A DNA stretch of 10,141 nt from a virus. Taxonomy: Duplodnaviria; Heunggongvirae; Uroviricota; Caudoviricetes. Positions 6,441 to 10,141 of the stretch are shown here, in pieces (positions within the stretch are counted from its first letter, which is position 1; each line of letters starts with the position of its first letter). The translations under genes were made by a program, and so were the position numbers. The DNA is taken from the IMG/VR virus record IMGVR_UViG_2693429748_000016; one strand, 5' to 3'. Below the pieces are notes generated by a model. It was not told the origin of the DNA, did no database searches, and worked only from the letters and a program-made list of their open reading frames with translations.

Positions 6441-6837
6441 GCTTCAATTACCGCTGGCATTCGCATCAAAGGAGAGGAGCATGGAAATAAAACCAGAAGA
6501 TGAGTTAAGCAATATTGTTTTATTTCCGGTAAAAGAGGATAACCCTCGTAATCAGGTTAATTTTCTTTATGAGCCATCGGAAAGACCATATTGCCATCAC
6601 GCTTCTGTCCGGGTTGACGAAAAAGAGCGTCAGGTCCGCTGTAAAATTTGCGGTGCAGTTGTGGAGCCATTTGACTGGATGCTCTCTGTGGCGAAAAGAG
6701 AAACCAGACTGGCAGATGATGTAAGGCTCTTGCGCCAGGAGGAGCGGGAAAGGCGAAAAAATATAGAAAAGCTAATCCAGATTGAGCGTAATGCGAAAGC
6801 GCGGATACGCAGGGTGACAAAATATAGCCCCGAATAA
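6424..6837 (+). CDS. hypothetical protein with Cys/His cluster (zinc-ribbon-like) and basic coiled-coil tail
   Basis: ORF track 6424..6837. ATG 6424 directly abuts the TGA of the preceding repeat unit (TGAATG); the alternative ATG at 6481 has AGGAG 6 nt upstream. Contains CHH...CKIC and a C-terminal charged, heptad-like segment. Confidence 0.55.
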   Translation: MKLAIRLQLPLAFASKERSMEIKPEDELSNIVLFPVKEDNPRNQVNFLYEPSERPYCHHASVRVDEKERQVRCKICGAVVEPFDWMLSVAKRETRLADDVRLLRQEERERRKNIEKLIQIERNAKARIRRVTKYSPE

Positions 6838-7051
6838 TCAAGGTTATTTCTGGAAGTCAAGTCGTGAGTGATGAGGACTAACAAATACGGTGAACTCGAT
6901 AAAGAGATTCAGGACGAACTGGAGGCCAGGAATGATTGACAAATCACCAAGTGAGTTCAGCTACAAAGATTTATTGTCATAACGGGTTATGAGATCGACT
7001 TGGTGCGTGATATTCTTCGGGCCAGTTTGCTATGCGCCACCATGAGATGTT

Positions 7052-8884
7052 ATGGCCCGCATGTTTGATACATTAGGATTTTACATTATGAATGTGCAAC
7101 ATTTTGATTTTTTTACAGATAATGAGTTTTCTAATCTGGAAAGATATCAAACTTGTAAAGCCATGGCCAAAGGTTATGCGGGCAATTACAAAACCGGGCA
7201 GTCAAGGTTGATGCATGCCCGCTCATACTGCTTCAGCATCGTAGCTGCATATTGGGATACCCTTGCAAAAAAGCAAAAAAGCAGCATTAAAATGAGGGCA
7301 GTACCGCACACTGTTTACATAGAAGACATTCCATGTGATGCACGCGAGCTCGCTGAACGAACAGGTGAGCTTATTGCTCAATTTCCGGCGGAGGACGCTG
7401 GATATCTGATTGGGTCAATTTATACGGTAATGCTGCCATCCGCTTACCGTTCGGAATTGGGGGCTTACTATACCCCCCCACCTTTGGTAGCGCGTCTCTT
7501 GGACCTGGCTGAAAAGTCTGGTGTTGATTTTTCTCATGCATCGGTTATTGATCCTGCGTGTGGTGGCGGTGCATTTTTGGCACCAGTAGCCATTCGAATG
7601 TTAAAAAAAGACAAGGGGTCTTCCCCTGAATGGATGTTGAGGAGAATCAGTCGTCGTTTAAAGGGGATAGAAATCGATCCATTTGCGGCTTGGATGAGTT
7701 TGGTATTGCTCGAATCTGTACTAATGCCACTATGTGTAAAGGTAAAACGTAGATTGCCTGAAGATACAATTATTGTTGCTGATGCGCTTCAGCAAGATAA
7801 ATTTTCTGGTTATGATCTTGTGGTAGGGAATCCGCCTTACGGACGTGTCACTCTCGATATTAAAACGAGAGAAAAATATTCTCGTTCGTTATTTGGTCAT
7901 GCAAATCTATATGGATTGTTCACCGACTTAGCTGTTCGCATGGTTAAAGAGAAAACAGGAGTTATTGCATTTCTTACGCCAACTTCTTTTCTTGGTGGGC
8001 AGTATTTCACCGCGCTGCGAACCCTTTTGACCGAAAAAACTACTCCGTATGCCCTTGATTTCGTCACTGACAGGGATGGGGTCTTTGACGATGTTCTCCA
8101 GGAAACAATGTTGACAGCATTCAAGGCGGGAGAACATAAAGTTCGGGCCCAGGTATCCTCACTTGTCCCTAAGGGGTTGAACAAAGCAAAAATTGAGAAA
8201 ATAGGTAATGTTGATATAGAAAAAGGTGGAGCAACGTGGCTTTTGCCACGCGTTAAAGATGATGCCTGTTTTCTTAATGTATTAAAACAGATGTCTACGC
8301 GTTTAGCTGATCTGGGATACTCAGTCTCTACAGGTCAGTTAGTCTGGAATCGATTTAAGTCGCAGTTGCGTACGACGAAAGGAAAAAATAGCTACCCATT
8401 AGTCTGGGCGGAATCAATAACTTCAGCTGGTTTTCGTTTTAGTGCAGACAGAAAAAATCATGTTCCCTATATCGATATAACCCCACAACAGGGTTTCCTT
8501 GTGACAAAATCTGAATGTGTGCTTGTTCAGCGGACAACATCGAAGGAACAGGACAGAAGGATTTTAGCGGCAATTTTACCTCAGGGATTTATAGATGAAA
8601 CTGGTGGCGTAGTAGTTGAAAACCATATTAATATTGTATATTCAAACGGATTGTTCTCTGCGGTTCGCCCTGATGTTATTGATATGCTACTTAATTCGCA
8701 TGTTGTCGATCGGGCGTTCAGGTGTATAAGCGGAAGTGTTGCTGTTTCGGCCTATGAATTGAATTCAATCCCGTTGCCTTCTCTGGAGCAGGTGATGGAG
8801 ATTCAATCGTTAATTGATGCTGGCGTCCACAGACGGATTATTGAGAGAACTATCGCTGGTTTCTATGGAGTGATGATTGCATGA
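7052..8884 (+). CDS. gamma-class N6-adenine DNA methyltransferase (Eco57I/TaqI-like), 610 aa
   Basis: Motifs in gamma-class order: YYTPPPLV (about 7466-7489), SAM-binding VIDPACGGGAFL (about 7544-7579), catalytic VVGNPPYG (about 7819-7842), with a long C-terminal region consistent with a target-recognition domain. Alternative starts at 7061 and 7088. Visibly lower GC than the phage replication genes. Confidence 0.88.
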   Translation: MARMFDTLGFYIMNVQHFDFFTDNEFSNLERYQTCKAMAKGYAGNYKTGQSRLMHARSYCFSIVAAYWDTLAKKQKSSIKMRAVPHTVYIEDIPCDARELAERTGELIAQFPAEDAGYLIGSIYTVMLPSAYRSELGAYYTPPPLVARLLDLAEKSGVDFSHASVIDPACGGGAFLAPVAIRMLKKDKGSSPEWMLRRISRRLKGIEIDPFAAWMSLVLLESVLMPLCVKVKRRLPEDTIIVADALQQDKFSGYDLVVGNPPYGRVTLDIKTREKYSRSLFGHANLYGLFTDLAVRMVKEKTGVIAFLTPTSFLGGQYFTALRTLLTEKTTPYALDFVTDRDGVFDDVLQETMLTAFKAGEHKVRAQVSSLVPKGLNKAKIEKIGNVDIEKGGATWLLPRVKDDACFLNVLKQMSTRLADLGYSVSTGQLVWNRFKSQLRTTKGKNSYPLVWAESITSAGFRFSADRKNHVPYIDITPQQGFLVTKSECVLVQRTTSKEQDRRILAAILPQGFIDETGGVVVENHINIVYSNGLFSAVRPDVIDMLLNSHVVDRAFRCISGSVAVSAYELNSIPLPSLEQVMEIQSLIDAGVHRRIIERTIAGFYGVMIA

Positions 8885-9963
8885 ATCTGCCTGTTGTTCC
8901 CCCATTGAATGTTATCCGGGAAAGATTACAATTAATTTTCCCTGAAGGGACTGAGAATCGTGGATATTTAATTCGGGAAATAGCTGCAAAAACAATTTTT
9001 GTCATGTTTTATGCTGGTGCGGTTGAGGGGCTGGGGCGATGGATAAGGCCCAGCCAGGTTGTAAGTATGGGAGATTCGCAGGCTGCTCTTACTGATGATG
9101 CGTCCAGAGAAAGCTGGGTAAAGATGACTTTCTCTAAACAAAAGATAAGGCCTGCTGATGCATGGTATGCGGAAAATACGCGTGAGCCAATACGTGATGA
9201 AACTATAAAAAATGGCCTAATACCTTGCAATGCAATTGTTGAGCGTAAAGGTATACCCACCACATCCTCTCGTCCTCGTTACAGTTTGAATCGCTCTTTT
9301 GCAGCACTCTTTGATGCCGGGCTTGAAGGAGATTCGCTGCTGAGTGCAATAAGTTCCTGGCAAGAAAATCATTTGAACAAAGCCGCTCTTGCTAGGTTGC
9401 GTTTATTGAAATCAGGGGCAGTGATTGCTGCTGATGCCGTAGTCGTCACTTTCCCAAATGGAGAGAAGAGAACTTTAGCTCCGGGCCCGTCAAGTACAAT
9501 AGCTAAGGCCGTCATCGAAGTTTTTGCTCCTAATTTTCTTAAGAATCCAACTGTGCTCTGGTTGTCTGAATCCGGGAATAAAGTTGTTGCTCAGGATGAT
9601 GTATTGGCAAAAGCATTGGGGCTGAATATTGATGCCTCAAAAGCACTTCCAGATATTATTTTGATTGATTTGGGAGAGGACCGAACGGGTTCGGACATGC
9701 TTGTAGTTTTCACTGAAGTAGTTGCGACAGATGGGCCTATAAACAGGGAACGAAAAGTTACTCTCACTCATTTGGCTATTGACGCTGGGTTCAGCGAGAA
9801 AAATCTTGCATTCCTTACGGCATTTATGGACAGAAGTGCTCTGCCTTTTAAAAAGGCAATACCAGAATTGGCGTGGGGATCTTATGCATGGTTTGCTTCT
9901 GAACCGGAGCACTTAATTGATCTTCGGGATGGTTATCCGGTAAAGATCAGCCAGAGAAAATGA
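8881..9963 (+). CDS. putative type II restriction endonuclease (possibly BsuBI/PstI family), 360 aa
   Basis: Start overlaps the methyltransferase stop (ATGA at 8881-8884), with GGAG upstream. Same AT-rich composition. Size and M-then-R gene order match BsuBI-type systems as I remember them. No nuclease motif confidently identified by eye. Confidence 0.6.
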   Translation: MNLPVVPPLNVIRERLQLIFPEGTENRGYLIREIAAKTIFVMFYAGAVEGLGRWIRPSQVVSMGDSQAALTDDASRESWVKMTFSKQKIRPADAWYAENTREPIRDETIKNGLIPCNAIVERKGIPTTSSRPRYSLNRSFAALFDAGLEGDSLLSAISSWQENHLNKAALARLRLLKSGAVIAADAVVVTFPNGEKRTLAPGPSSTIAKAVIEVFAPNFLKNPTVLWLSESGNKVVAQDDVLAKALGLNIDASKALPDIILIDLGEDRTGSDMLVVFTEVVATDGPINRERKVTLTHLAIDAGFSEKNLAFLTAFMDRSALPFKKAIPELAWGSYAWFASEPEHLIDLRDGYPVKISQRK

Positions 9964-10003
9964 CCAAAGTTTGATATCCGCCACGCCCTGAAGGATGGGG
10001 GTT

Positions 10004-10138
10004 TTACGGTGCACTGGATAAAAAATCGGTTTCATAGATTTGCCCACCGTGGTATACGCCTGCGATAAAAACTTTATTGTCATCAACGGCAAAAGCAATA
10101 ATTGTTCTGTGGCGGGGTGATGCTGCCAACTTACTGAT
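10004..10138 (-). pseudogene. possible remnant of a RelE/ParE-like toxin gene (C-terminal fragment only)
   Basis: Minus-strand frame reads ..RTIIAFAVDDNKVFIAGVYHGGQIYE.. ending at TAA (10004-10006), a pattern reminiscent of RelE/ParE C-termini. The frame is closed by an in-frame TAA at 10139-10141 and has no ATG, so it is either a fragment, a frameshifted gene, or chance. Confidence 0.2.
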
Positions 10139-10141
10139 TTA

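Noticed and set aside
6557-6884. Minus-strand ORFs 6557-6841 and 6630-6884
   Set aside because: Antisense to the 6424-6837 gene; no RBS or motif support.
6871-6939. 22-codon ORF upstream of the methyltransferase as a possible controller (C) protein
   Set aside because: Far too short for an HTH controller protein, and no convincing C-box-like inverted repeats identified.
6936-6964. Perfect TTGACA hexamer at 6936-6941 as the R-M promoter
   Set aside because: No acceptable -10 element at 16-18 bp spacing (AGCTAC or neighbours); could still be a weak or activator-dependent promoter, but unsupported.
7473-7479. C7 homopolymer inside the methyltransferase gene as a possible phase-variation tract
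   Set aside because: Only 7 nt and it encodes the Pro-Pro of a conserved motif (YYTPPP). Phase-variable tracts are usually longer and I see no evidence of slippage.
7897-8184. Minus-strand ORFs within the methyltransferase gene
   Set aside because: Antisense to a gene with unambiguous methyltransferase motifs.
9009-10098. Minus-strand ORFs 9009-9263, 9637-9912 and 9913-10098
   Set aside because: The first two are antisense to the putative endonuclease gene. The third overlaps its 3' end and gives a less protein-like translation than the alternative frame noted at 10004-10138.
1-10141. tRNA or attachment site marking a prophage boundary
   Set aside because: I could not recognise any tRNA-like cloverleaf or integrase gene in the window; it appears internal to the prophage. 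A tRNA scan would be needed to confirm.

Overview
This window reads as the early (immunity plus replication) region of a Rac/lambdoid-type enterobacterial prophage, followed by AT-rich cargo. All calls are made by eye from the sequence and ORF track; no searches were run. Left to right: a leftward block of two unidentified small genes; an operator-like palindrome pair and a terminator; a leftward three-gene operon encoding a CI-like HTH repressor (PaaR-like), a small antitoxin (PaaA-like) and a ParE-family toxin; a divergent operator/promoter region; then a rightward early operon with a Cro/YdaS-like HTH protein, a YdaT-like protein, a replication initiator whose coding sequence carries helically phased GTCACG iterons (putative origin), and a clear DnaC-like helicase loader. 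Downstream are unidentified phage genes, one of which is present as two diverged copies separated by a roughly 125-bp remnant of an IS3-family element, followed by a 104-bp tandem duplication. The right third is an AT-rich two-gene type II restriction-modification module: a gamma-class N6-adenine methyltransferase translationally coupled to a putative restriction endonuclease (possibly BsuBI/PstI-like). No rRNA, tRNA or CRISPR array was recognised. The most interesting points are the toxin-antitoxin pair sitting inside the immunity region, the R-M cargo, the intragenic origin-like iterons and the IS-scarred mosaic junction. Nothing here can be shown to be a truly novel system from sequence alone; the unassigned genes between 4707 and 6837 are the best place to look.
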